Positions 19,029 to 28,305 of a DNA stretch of 64,000 nucleotides are shown piece after piece. Position 1 is the stretch's first letter; every line of letters begins with the position of its first letter. A program made the position numbers and the translations under genes. The notes beneath the pieces are model-generated. The model saw only the letters and a program-made list of their open reading frames with translations. It made no database searches and was not told the origin of the DNA. Source of the stretch: a bacterium (GTDB lineage Bacteria > Vulcanimicrobiota > Vulcanimicrobiia > Vulcanimicrobiales > Vulcanimicrobiaceae); the NCBI GenBank assembly GCA_021786705.1, contig JAJYMV010000055.1:5306-69305 (forward strand), in the 5' to 3' direction.

Positions 19029-19852
19029 GCGCGCTCGCGGAGGATGACGAAACCGGAGTCGACGCGAACGGCGATATGCGAGCGTTCGCTCTCGGCATCG
19101 AGAATCTGTCCGATCAACGAACGCACGAGTTCTTCGCTACAATCGTAGAACGACGCTAAGATCTCGACCCCGAGCTCCTCGAGGAGCGAGGGCGCGACGA
19201 AACCACAACGCGGAAGCGTATCGTAGTGTCGCTCGTCGTAGGCGCCGTTTCGCCACGGACCGCGGCGCCCGAAGACTTGATGGTGATAATCCCAGGCGCA
19301 GAGTTCGCGCTCGCCCCAACGGAAATCGCCGCGCACGCAGAGCCGGCGACAGACCGCGCACGGAACGATCGGCACGGGGCCGCTCTCGATCGCCTCGACG
19401 ATATCGGGGGGAAGATCCTCAAGGTTAATCAGTTCGGCTTCGTTGAGATTCGTCGGTAAGGGAGCGTTCCACCCGACCCGTGCGAGTAGATCGAGATCGT
19501 GCAGCGAGGCGACGAACGCGCTCTCATCCTCTGCCGGAAAGGTGCGGTCGATCCAGTGCAGGAGGTCGTCGGGAGCGATGCCGACGTTCTGCCAGGTATC
19601 GCCGACCGCGGTATCGATCGGCGTCACGGCGACCGGGACGAGCCGGGCGACGATCGTTCTTCCCTCGGGGACGAGACTATTGGTAAACGCGAGCGTGCTG
19701 CCGTTCCCGCCGAGAACGACGATGCCCGCCTGCCGCTCGCCTACGCTTTCGCCGTCACCGACGCGAGATAGCGATGGAGACTGCACGGCGGCCCCGCCGT
19801 ATTTGCGAGGGCCTCCGCCAGAGCTCGGGCGGTATCGAGACTGGTCAGACAC
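19025..19852 (-). CDS. hypothetical Cys/His-rich protein upstream of the PBP2-PknB pair
   Basis: High third-position GC in this frame continues right up to the carB stop. Contains CAVCRRLCVRGDFRWGERELCAWDYHH. No family recognised. Start is GTG 19852 or GTG 19786; both overlap the carB 3' end. Confidence 0.5.
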   Translation of the reverse strand: MSDQSRYRPSSGGGPRKYGGAAVQSPSLSRVGDGESVGERQAGIVVLGGNGSTLAFTNSLVPEGRTIVARLVPVAVTPIDTAVGDTWQNVGIAPDDLLHWIDRTFPAEDESAFVASLHDLDLLARVGWNAPLPTNLNEAELINLEDLPPDIVEAIESGPVPIVPCAVCRRLCVRGDFRWGERELCAWDYHHQVFGRRGPWRNGAYDERHYDTLPRCGFVAPSLLEELGVEILASFYDCSEELVRSLIGQILDAESERSHIAVRVDSGFVILRERA

Positions 19853-22800
19853 GCTATACTGGCTTCGACCGAGCCGCGCCGAATCTTGTAAGCGTCGGAG
19901 ACCTCCCGCGCGCCCTTCGCGTCGTTGATCACCAGGTCGACCTCGCGCGAGGCGATCGCATCGAGCACGTGTGGGCTCCCTTCCGCGATTTTGTTGATCC
20001 GTTCGCAGGCGATGCCCGCAGCGGCAAGCACGCGCTGGGTTCCGTCGGTTGCGATAAGTCGATGCCCCATCTCGGCGTAGCGCCGCATGATCGGCACCGC
20101 ACGCTCCTTCTCCTCATCGGCGATCGAGACCAAGATGCGACCGCCGCGCTCCGGCAACGCGATTCCGGCACCGAGAAAGCCTTTGCGGAGCGCTCCGGCA
20201 AAGCTCGCGTCGATGCCCAACACTTCGCCGGTCGACTTCATCTCCGGGCCGAGAATCGTCTCGACCCCGCGCATTTTCGCAAACGAAAAGACGGGGACTT
20301 TCACGACCGTGAACGGCGACCGCGGACGCAGCCCGGTCCCATACGGGAGATCGGCGAGGCGCTCACCAAGCGCGATGCGCGTCGCTGCGGCTGTGAGATT
20401 TATCCCTGTCGCCTTCTGAATGATCGGCACCGTGCGCGACGCACGCGGGTTCGCCTCGATAATATAGAGTTTCCCTTGGTGGATGACGAACTGAATATTG
20501 ATCGAGCCGCGCACTCCTAATTCTCGAGCGATCGAACGCGTGACCTCGGTAATGTGCCGCTCCATAGCGTCGTCGAGCGAGGGCGCGGGATAGACCGAGA
20601 TGGAATCGCCCGAATGAATGCCTGCGCGCTCGATATGTTCGAAGATTCCCGGAATCAAAATCTCCTCGCCGTCGAAAACCGCATCGAGTTCGACTTCGAG
20701 CCCTTCGAGATAGCGATCGACGAGCAGGGGCGCGTCGGCCGCAATCGGCGGCGCGGACTCCACGTACGATGCGAGTTGCCCTTCGTTATACACGATCTCC
20801 ATCGCGCGGCCGCCGAGCACGAACGAGGGGCGAACCAACACCGGGAAGCCCAGTTCGCGCGCGATCGCGCGTGCCTGGCGAAAGCTACGCGCGGCACGCC
20901 CTTCGGGGCGGGCGACGCCCAAGCGCGCGAGCGCGGCATCGAACTGCTCGCGATCCTCCGCCATATCCAACGTCGCACGGTCGCTGCCGACGATCGGCAC
21001 GCCGCGCTCGGTTAAATCCGCAGCGAGCGAGATCGCGGTCTGTCCTCCGAACGCCAACATCACGCCGCGCGCGCCGGTCGAGCGATACGCGGCCTCCACT
21101 TCATCGGCGCCCGGCGGCTCGAAAACGAGCACGTCGGAGATATCGAAGTCGGTCGAGACCGTCTCGGGATTATTGTTGACGACCACCGGGGCGAGCCCCG
21201 CTTCGCGCAGCGCCCACGCGGCATGCACGCAACTATAATCGAATTCGATTCCCTGCCCGATGCGAATCGGGCCGCTCCCCACGACGACCACGGCTTCGCG
21301 CCCCGCCGGACGCATTTCATCGCTCTCGCCGCGCGAGAGGTAATAATACGGCGAGCGCGCCGGAAACTCCGCAGCGGCGGTATCGACCATACGAAACGCG
21401 GCGGCCGGGCCGATCGGGCGTTCGGCGCTTCCGGTGAGAGAACGGATCCCGCGCGACGAGTAACCGTCGCGGAACGCGCGATCGATATCCACGGGATCGC
21501 GACGTTCGTGTAAGCGACGTTCGAGTGCGACGAGTTCGGCGACTTCCTCGAGCCAAAACCGATCGATCGTACTCGCCGCATGCAGCCGTTCGACGCAGGC
21601 GCTCCGGTCGGTGCTGCGTCGCAGCAACTCGGCGACCGCAAAGAGCCGTTCGTGGGTTGGATTCTCCACCACGGTCATCAATTGATCGTCGCTCCATTCG
21701 CGCATCGCTCCGCCGGTTAACGTCTCGCGGCCGATATCGAGGCCACGTATCGCTTTTAAAAGTCCGGCGGCGAAGGTACGACCGATCCCCATCGCCTCAC
21801 CGGTCGATTTCATCTGCGTTCCGAGCAGGGTATCGGCGAGCGGAAATTTATCGAAGGGCCACCGCGGAATTTTTACGACGACGTAATCGAGGGTCGGTTC
21901 GTAGGCCGCCTTGGTGACGCCGGTGACCGGGTTGGGAATATCTTGCAGCCGCTGCCCCAACGCGATGCGCGTCGAGATTTTCGCTATCGGATATCCCGTC
22001 GCTTTACTAGCCAATGCCGAGGAGCGTGAGACGCGCGGATTAACTTCGATAATCGCGTATTCATTACTCGTCGGATGCAGGGCGAATTGAATATTGCATC
22101 CACCTTGAACGTCGAGGGCGCGAATCACGTTTAAGCTCGACGTGCGCAGCATTTGGTATTCGCTATCGGAGAGCGTCTGCGATGGGGCGATGACGATCGA
22201 GTCGCCGGTATGCACGCCGACCGGATCGAAATTCTCCATGTTGCAGACGATGATGCAATCGTCGGAGGCATCGCGCAGAACTTCATACTCGACCTCTTTC
22301 CAGCCGAGCAACGAGACCTCGAGGAGCGCCTGGTGGATCATGCTCGCGGCGAGCCCCGAGGCGAGCGTCTCGCGTAACTCGCGCTCGTTGCGCACGATCC
22401 CGCCGCCGGTACCGCCCAGCGTATAGGCTGGGCGAACGACGAGCGGATAGCCCGCCTCGAGGGCAAACGCTAACCCCTGCTCGATCTCGGTGACGACGAC
22501 GCTGCGCGCGACCGGCTCGCCGATTTCGATCATCTTTTCTTTAAACAGTTCGCGATCTTCGGCGAGTTTGATCGTCGCAATCGGCGTGCCGAGCAACTCG
22601 ACACCGAAGCGCTTCAAAACGCCGGCATCGTCGAGTGCGACGGCGAGGTTGAGGCCGGTCTGGCCGCCGAGCGTCGGAAGGAGCGCATCGGGGCGCTCGA
22701 GTTCGATCACCGCGCTGACCGATTCCAACGTGAGCGGCTCGAGATAGACTGCATCGGCAATCTCGGGGTCGGTCATGATCGTCGCCGGATTCGAGTTGAC

Positions 22801-22923
22801 GAGCACGACGCGATGCCCTTCCTCTCGAAGGGCGCGACACGCCTGGACCCCTGCGTAATCGAACTCCGCGGCCTGACCGATCACGATCGGTCCGGAGCCG
22901 ATGACAAGAATATTCCGGCGCAT
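19741..22923 (-). CDS. carB: carbamoyl-phosphate synthase large subunit
   Basis: 1060 aa. MRRNILVIGSGPIVIGQAAEFDYAG and a duplicated ATP-grasp half (VVVVGSGPIRIGQGIEFDY). Confidence 0.97.
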   Translation of the reverse strand: MRRNILVIGSGPIVIGQAAEFDYAGVQACRALREEGHRVVLVNSNPATIMTDPEIADAVYLEPLTLESVSAVIELERPDALLPTLGGQTGLNLAVALDDAGVLKRFGVELLGTPIATIKLAEDRELFKEKMIEIGEPVARSVVVTEIEQGLAFALEAGYPLVVRPAYTLGGTGGGIVRNERELRETLASGLAASMIHQALLEVSLLGWKEVEYEVLRDASDDCIIVCNMENFDPVGVHTGDSIVIAPSQTLSDSEYQMLRTSSLNVIRALDVQGGCNIQFALHPTSNEYAIIEVNPRVSRSSALASKATGYPIAKISTRIALGQRLQDIPNPVTGVTKAAYEPTLDYVVVKIPRWPFDKFPLADTLLGTQMKSTGEAMGIGRTFAAGLLKAIRGLDIGRETLTGGAMREWSDDQLMTVVENPTHERLFAVAELLRRSTDRSACVERLHAASTIDRFWLEEVAELVALERRLHERRDPVDIDRAFRDGYSSRGIRSLTGSAERPIGPAAAFRMVDTAAAEFPARSPYYYLSRGESDEMRPAGREAVVVVGSGPIRIGQGIEFDYSCVHAAWALREAGLAPVVVNNNPETVSTDFDISDVLVFEPPGADEVEAAYRSTGARGVMLAFGGQTAISLAADLTERGVPIVGSDRATLDMAEDREQFDAALARLGVARPEGRAARSFRQARAIARELGFPVLVRPSFVLGGRAMEIVYNEGQLASYVESAPPIAADAPLLVDRYLEGLEVELDAVFDGEEILIPGIFEHIERAGIHSGDSISVYPAPSLDDAMERHITEVTRSIARELGVRGSINIQFVIHQGKLYIIEANPRASRTVPIIQKATGINLTAAATRIALGERLADLPYGTGLRPRSPFTVVKVPVFSFAKMRGVETILGPEMKSTGEVLGIDASFAGALRKGFLGAGIALPERGGRILVSIADEEKERAVPIMRRYAEMGHRLIATDGTQRVLAAAGIACERINKIAEGSPHVLDAIASREVDLVINDAKGAREVSDAYKIRRGSVEASIACLTSLDTARALAEALANTAGPPCSLHRYLASVTAKA

Positions 22924-22988
22924 GCTAGGGAAGGCGGATTGGCTTCAGACGCACGAGAGTCCTGGAAGCGCTCCGAGGATGCTCCGTT

Positions 22989-23633
22989 TTACGGCTGGAG
23001 TCGGATGCGCGCCCAACCGTCACGCTCGCGTTGGTAAAGAAGGCGGTCGTGCATGCGATTCGGTCGCCCTTGCCAAAACTCGATCGAACGCGGGACGATG
23101 AGAAAACCTCCCCACGAGTGCGGGCGTTCGATCTCTTCATCAGCGAAACGCTCCTCGAAATGCGCCATGCGTTCGTCGAGGACGGCGCGCGATTCGACCG
23201 GTTCGCTCTGCTCCGAGGCCCAGGCGGCGAGCCGATGGCCGCGCGGACGCGAGGCGAAATAGAGATCCGATTCGTGCTCGTCGGTGCGGCGCACGTCGCC
23301 TTCGATGCGCACTTGCCGTTCGAGCGCCCCCCACCAAAACGTCGCAGCGGCGAACGGACGCGCGAGCAATTCTCGTCCCTTTCGACTATCGTACGATGTA
23401 AAAAAACGGAGACCTCGCCCGTCGAGGCCGCGCAAGAGGACGATGCGCAGACTCGGGCGCCCATCCTCGCCGACGGTCGCCAACGCCATCGCGTTGGGTT
23501 CGACGATCTGCGGATGCATCGCATACGCTTCGTCGAGCCAGCGTTGCAAGGTAACGACCGGATCGTCGGAGAGCTCGCTTTCGCGAAGTTCTCCCCGTTC
23601 GTAGGGCGTACGGCTCGTAGCGATCTCTTTCAC
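22989..23633 (-). CDS. pdxH: pyridoxamine 5'-phosphate oxidase
   Basis: PNAMALATV...RIVLLRG...FFTSYDSRKG...IEFWQGRPNRMHDR...RLQP C-terminus. Confidence 0.93.
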   Translation of the reverse strand: MKEIATSRTPYERGELRESELSDDPVVTLQRWLDEAYAMHPQIVEPNAMALATVGEDGRPSLRIVLLRGLDGRGLRFFTSYDSRKGRELLARPFAAATFWWGALERQVRIEGDVRRTDEHESDLYFASRPRGHRLAAWASEQSEPVESRAVLDERMAHFEERFADEEIERPHSWGGFLIVPRSIEFWQGRPNRMHDRLLYQRERDGWARIRLQP

Positions 23634-24550
23634 GATATCCTTCCCAATCCCACCGCAGCGAATGCGGCAAGTGCGAGCAGCAACGCCCCAACGAACGCCG
23701 CCGCAAGCGAGACATCGACGCTCTTTCGCTCGAACGACGTCACGCGCCCCAAGGCGCCGAGCGCTCCGCGCAACTCCGAGGAATTCTCGACGCGTACGAA
23801 ACGCCCCCCGCTCGCGCGAGCGTAGGCACGCAGCGCGGCGTCGTCGATCCCGGCGGCCTCGCTCGTCCCGGGAATCAGCGATCCCGAATTCGTGCCGATG
23901 CCGACGGTGTCGACGTGAATACCGCGCTCGCCGAGCGTGGATGCCGCTGCGAGCGGATCGATACCGGTATTATTCACACCGTCGGTGACCAAGACGACGG
24001 TGCGCGGCCCCCGTTGGCCGAGCAGCGTGCCTGCGAGTGCGAGCGCATCGCCGATCGCGGTGGGGCCGTTCGGTGCGGGAAGGGTATCGAGTGCGGCGAT
24101 CGCCGCAGCGTGACGCGCCGTTAGCGGTTGCACCACCGAAGCCGCTCCCGAGAAGGCAACGATCGCGACGCGCTCTCCGCGCGCCATCTCCTCGATGAAA
24201 CGGGTCGCCGCAGCGCGTGCTGCGAGCGCGCGCGTCGGGACGATATCGGTCGATGCCATCGAGCCCGAGGTGTCGATGCAAAGGACGACCGCGCCGTCGT
24301 GTACGGGCACCGGCAAGAGCAGATGCGGCCGCGCGAGCGCGAGCGCGGCGAGCGCGAGCCCCGCGATCCACGCGCCGCGCAGCAGCGCGCCGAAGCGATC
24401 GCGCTCGCCGAGCGTGCGGCGAAGAAAGGCGAGATCGGAGTACGCGAGATCGCGCGCGTCGCGTACCCTTCGCGCGCGCTCGAACGCCCACAGCCCGAGC
24501 GCGACCAACAGCGCCGCAGCGAGGAGCCATCCCGGCGCACCGAAACTCAA
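23630..24550 (-). CDS. VWA-domain membrane protein (BatA-like)
   Basis: N-terminal TM helices, MIDAS motif CIDTSGSM, VVLVTDGVNNTG, C-terminal TM helix. Confidence 0.85.
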   Translation of the reverse strand: MSFGAPGWLLAAALLVALGLWAFERARRVRDARDLAYSDLAFLRRTLGERDRFGALLRGAWIAGLALAALALARPHLLLPVPVHDGAVVLCIDTSGSMASTDIVPTRALAARAAATRFIEEMARGERVAIVAFSGAASVVQPLTARHAAAIAALDTLPAPNGPTAIGDALALAGTLLGQRGPRTVVLVTDGVNNTGIDPLAAASTLGERGIHVDTVGIGTNSGSLIPGTSEAAGIDDAALRAYARASGGRFVRVENSSELRGALGALGRVTSFERKSVDVSLAAAFVGALLLALAAFAAVGLGRIS

Positions 24551-25383
24551 TCGAGCGCCCCCCGCGGAATTCCAAAAGCCTCCGCGAGCGCCGCCGTTCC
24601 GTCACTCTCCTCGAGAATACCGGTTCGCCAACCGAAGCGAGCGAAGCGACGGACGACTTCCTCTTCGCGTGCGACACTCGCACGCCGATACGTATCGCGT
24701 TCGCGCTTGCCGAACCAGCGGAGGTACGGTTCGCCGCTCTCGACATCGACGAGGCGCGCGAATCCGTGCAGCGGGAGATCGCTCTGCCATGGATCGCGCG
24801 CCAGCGCGAGGGTTGCATCGTAACGAAGAGCGATCTCGGCGAGTCGTGCGTCCTCGCTGCGTTCGGCGCCGGCGGCATCGGTCACTAGGAGCAGCGCCGC
24901 ACCGCGCGGCAGGGTCGCCGTCGCGATATCGAACAGCGCGTTCGGATCGAAATCTTCTTCCCGCTGCGTGCGTAATGCCTCGCGTGCGAGCGCCGCGCCG
25001 GAACGCCCCGGTCGCGCACGGTTCGGTACCGGGCCCTGCGAGAGCAGCGCGATCGCACGGTCTTCTCCGCCGCTCGCGCCGAACCACGCAGCGACCGCAT
25101 CGTCGGCGGCGTCGGCGAGCGCTCGTCGACGTCCGAGGCGCATCGAGGGCGAGCGATCGCAGATCGCCGCGAAGATCAGTGCGATATCCTCGAGCATCAC
25201 GCGCGTCTGTAAGGCGCCGCTCCGTGCGGTCGCCGCCCAGTCGATGCGTCGAACGTCATCGCCGATGAGGTATCCGCGCAATTGAACGAACTCATATCCG
25301 TCGCCGCGCGAGGTGGTCGGCGATCCGCCTCCGAGTATGCGGGGGCGATTGCGACCGCGGAGGAGCGCTTCGCGCAGGGTCAC
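24547..25383 (-). CDS. DUF58-family protein
   Basis: GYEFVQLRGYLIGDDVRRIDWAATAR is the DUF58 hallmark. Start taken as GTG 25383 (GTGA overlap with the moxR stop), but it could lie further upstream. Confidence 0.75.
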   Translation of the reverse strand: MTLREALLRGRNRPRILGGGSPTTSRGDGYEFVQLRGYLIGDDVRRIDWAATARSGALQTRVMLEDIALIFAAICDRSPSMRLGRRRALADAADDAVAAWFGASGGEDRAIALLSQGPVPNRARPGRSGAALAREALRTQREEDFDPNALFDIATATLPRGAALLLVTDAAGAERSEDARLAEIALRYDATLALARDPWQSDLPLHGFARLVDVESGEPYLRWFGKRERDTYRRASVAREEEVVRRFARFGWRTGILEESDGTAALAEAFGIPRGALD

Positions 25384-26303
25384 GGCACGCGAACGCCGGC
25401 GATCGTCTCGGCGATCCAGGACGACGGCGCGATCCCCTCGAGCGAGAGGCGATGCGTGAACGCGATGCGATGGCGAAGTACCGCCGGCGCGACGCTGCGA
25501 ATATCGTCGGGCTCCACGTACGCCCGCTCGTTGAGAAACGCGCGAGCGCGCGCGCAACCGACCAATGCGAGGCTGGCGCGCGGGCTCGCTCCATTGACGA
25601 CGTAGGGCGAGAAGCGGCGCGTCGCCATCACGAGATCGACGACGTATCGATGTAATTTGTTATCAACGTGAACGGCGCGAGCGCTCGCGCGCCACGCACG
25701 GACATCGTCGAGCGACGCCACGCGCTGCGGGAGCGGCGTCTGCGCGAATGCATAGCGATCGAGAATCTCGAGCTCTTCTTCTTCGTTCGGATATCCGAGA
25801 TCGATCTTCAGCAGAAAGCGATCCATCTGCGCGAGCGGCAATGCATAGGTACCGTCGTTGTCGAGCGGGTTCATCGTCGCGAGAACGACGAACGGATCGG
25901 GGAGCGGATGGCTCTCGTGGCCGATGGTTACTTGGCGCTCTTGCATCGCTTCGAGCAGAGCGCTCTGCACTTTTGCCGGGGCACGATTGATTTCGTCGGC
26001 GAGAACGATATTGGCGACGATCGGTCCCAGCACGGTATCGAAGCGCGAACTCTGTTGATCGAAGATCCGCGTTCCGACGATATCGGCCGGTAAGAGGTCG
26101 GGAGTAAATTGAATGCGCTTGAACGTCGCATCGAGCGAGGCGGCGAGAGCCCGGCACGCGAGCGTCTTGGCAATGCCCGGCGGGCCCTCGAGGAGCGCGT
26201 GCCCGTCGGCGATCGACGCCAACAGCAGCCCCTCGATTGCCGCATCCTGCCCGACGATCGCCTTCTTGAGGGCTCGTTCGACATCGCGTGGAGTCGCGCT
26301 CAT
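25380..26303 (-). CDS. MoxR-family AAA+ ATPase
   Basis: Start refined to ATG 26303 (MSATPRDVERALKKAIVGQD). Walker A EGPPGIAKT, Walker B LADEINRAPAKVQSALLEAMQE. Confidence 0.93.
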   Translation of the reverse strand: MSATPRDVERALKKAIVGQDAAIEGLLLASIADGHALLEGPPGIAKTLACRALAASLDATFKRIQFTPDLLPADIVGTRIFDQQSSRFDTVLGPIVANIVLADEINRAPAKVQSALLEAMQERQVTIGHESHPLPDPFVVLATMNPLDNDGTYALPLAQMDRFLLKIDLGYPNEEEELEILDRYAFAQTPLPQRVASLDDVRAWRASARAVHVDNKLHRYVVDLVMATRRFSPYVVNGASPRASLALVGCARARAFLNERAYVEPDDIRSVAPAVLRHRIAFTHRLSLEGIAPSSWIAETIAGVRVP

Positions 26304-27205
26304 GATAGAACCTCCGCGAACGCAGCGTCGCACGTTCGAATAGCGCTTTGCAAGTCATCCTCGGTCGTAAAGGCCGCCCGCTCCAAGGCCCGCAGGAGCG
26401 GCGAGAGATCGCGGTCCTCCCCGTGCAGGCGCGCGAGCACGTCGGCGAGCGTCTCGCTCGCCGACGCGCCGACAAGCGAGCGAACGGCGATCCGTACCGA
26501 GCGCACGACGGCGCGCGTCGGCTCCGCTCGCAGGACGAGTGCGGCATCGCGCAGTCGCTCGTTTCGCGTCTGCTCGGCGACCGGAGGCTCGGCGATCGCG
26601 ATGGGAGCGAGGACCGGCTCGGGGAGCCGCGGTCGACGGCGCAACCACAGTATCGCCGCCACCACGAGGACGACCGCGATGAGCGCGGCGAGAACGTACG
26701 TGATGCGAACCACGATCGGCACGAGGTTCCCCACCGCGCTCCCGACCGTCGCAAAGGGTTGCAGCGCCCCTCCGCGCACCACGATCGTCAGCGGATTACT
26801 GGAATATTGCTCCGCCTGTCCGGTTCGTGCGTCGATCGCGTCGAGCGTCGCCGGCGCGAGTCGAATCGCTCCGGTGCGTGCCGCTCGCACCGTCAACGTT
26901 TCGCGATAGATGCTCTCCCCGTTCGCATGGTGGATCGTCCGCTCGTCGCCGCGTAATTCCAATTGCGAGAGGATCGGTAGCGTCACGTTGTCGATACGGC
27001 TGACGTTGCCGCGAACCGTCAGAACGATCGTCAACGCAAACGCCCGACCGATCGTCGGCGAGGAGGGCTGCGCGCTCATCGTAAAGCGCTCGACCTCCAG
27101 GCGCGGAAGGCTCTGCGCGACGCCGATCCGCGGGGCGAGCACGAAGGCGAGCGCCGCAAGAACGAGGCCGAGATTTATGCGAACGAGCGAGCGCGATCGA
27201 GCCAC
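26300..27205 (-). CDS. membrane protein, BatD-like (signal peptide, extracytoplasmic domain, TM helix, cytoplasmic tail)
   Basis: GTG 27205. Signal-like LVRINLGLVLAALAFVLA, later TM helix YVLAALIAVVLVVAAILWL. Heads the MoxR/DUF58/VWA genes. The family call is tentative. Confidence 0.5.
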   Translation of the reverse strand: MARSRSLVRINLGLVLAALAFVLAPRIGVAQSLPRLEVERFTMSAQPSSPTIGRAFALTIVLTVRGNVSRIDNVTLPILSQLELRGDERTIHHANGESIYRETLTVRAARTGAIRLAPATLDAIDARTGQAEQYSSNPLTIVVRGGALQPFATVGSAVGNLVPIVVRITYVLAALIAVVLVVAAILWLRRRPRLPEPVLAPIAIAEPPVAEQTRNERLRDAALVLRAEPTRAVVRSVRIAVRSLVGASASETLADVLARLHGEDRDLSPLLRALERAAFTTEDDLQSAIRTCDAAFAEVLS

Positions 27206-28260
27206 GTTGCAAAGAGCCGGCGCGCATCGCGGGGTCCCGGCGACGCCTCGGGATGAAACTGCACGGCCTCAATCGGGAGCGTTCGGTGTGCGAAACCTTC
27301 GTTCGTTCCGTCGTTGAGGTTCGTCATCGTTGCCTCGAGTTCGTCGGGAAGCGACGCTGCATCGACGGCGTACCCGTGGTTGTGCGCCGTGACGATTACT
27401 TCGTCGCGGCGAAGGTCTTTGACGGGTTGATTCCCGCCGCGGTGACCGTAGGGCAACTTATAGGTGCGCGCCCCGTAGGCGAGCGCGAGCAGTTGATGGC
27501 CGAGACAGATGCCGTAGAGCGGAACGCTGCCGATCAGCGAGCGCAGCGTCTCGATCGTTCCGGCGAGATCGGTCGGATCGCCGGGCCCCGGCGACACGAG
27601 CACCATCGCCGGGTCGTTTGCGAGAATCTGTTCGCGAGTGGCATCGTAGGGAACCACGGTGATCTCCGCCCCAAGTGCCGCGAGATCGCGGAGAATCGCG
27701 CGTTTCACTCCGCAATCGACCAACGTCACCCGCGTGCCGCCGCGAAGCCCTTCGACATGCGCGGTGCGCGCGGCGACGCTGGGCACCAAATCTTTCGTCG
27801 TCGCACTGCGAACGAAAGCGGCGAGTCGAGCTTCGGCATCGGCGATCTCCTCGGCACCGACGGCGAGCGCGGCCCAGATCGTTCCGTGCTCGCGCAGGGC
27901 GATCGTAATCGCCCGCGTATCGGCCCCGACCATCGTGGGAACGCGCTGGTCGTCGAGCCAGGCAGGCAGCGACTCCTTCGAGAGGTAGTGCGAGGGATGG
28001 TACGAGATGCGCTTCACGATCGCTCCGGCGACGCAGGCGCGGCCATACTGGGCGGCGCCGCCGCTGATCCCGTAATTGCCGATCATTGGGTAGGTGAAGG
28101 TCAAAATCTGTCCGGCGTATGAGGGGTCGGTGAGCGCCTCTTCATACCCGGTCATCCCGGTATAAAAGACCGCTTCCCCGAGCGCGATTCCGGTGCATGC
28201 GAGCCCATCGCCGTCGAAGCGCGAACCGTCGGCGAGAAAAAGTGCGGCGGGGTGAGGCAT
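27175..28260 (-). CDS. carA: carbamoyl-phosphate synthase small subunit
   Basis: Start refined to ATG 28260 (MPHPAALFLADGSRF...). TGMTGYEEALTDPSYAGQILTFTYPMIGNYG, and the glutaminase triad region GICLGHQLL...HNHGY. Confidence 0.95.
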   Translation of the reverse strand: MPHPAALFLADGSRFDGDGLACTGIALGEAVFYTGMTGYEEALTDPSYAGQILTFTYPMIGNYGISGGAAQYGRACVAGAIVKRISYHPSHYLSKESLPAWLDDQRVPTMVGADTRAITIALREHGTIWAALAVGAEEIADAEARLAAFVRSATTKDLVPSVAARTAHVEGLRGGTRVTLVDCGVKRAILRDLAALGAEITVVPYDATREQILANDPAMVLVSPGPGDPTDLAGTIETLRSLIGSVPLYGICLGHQLLALAYGARTYKLPYGHRGGNQPVKDLRRDEVIVTAHNHGYAVDAASLPDELEATMTNLNDGTNEGFAHRTLPIEAVQFHPEASPGPRDARRLFATWLDRARSFA

Positions 28261-28305
28261 CGGGGCAAAGGGTTTGGCATCCCGAAGCTCGATCCCTCGG
28301 CGGTA

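Noticed and set aside
22924-22988. PyrR-type attenuator in the pdxH-carB gap
   Set aside because: The minus-strand RNA contains UCCAGGACUCUCG, which only superficially resembles the UCCAGAGAGG binding loop. There is no adjacent terminator/antiterminator arrangement.
23970-26754. Several 300-360-aa alternative-frame ORFs (23970..24878, 24195..25268, 25663..26754) in the Bat-like region
   Set aside because: All are extremely Arg-rich and overlap genes with clear motifs: VWA MIDAS, the DUF58 hallmark and MoxR Walker motifs.
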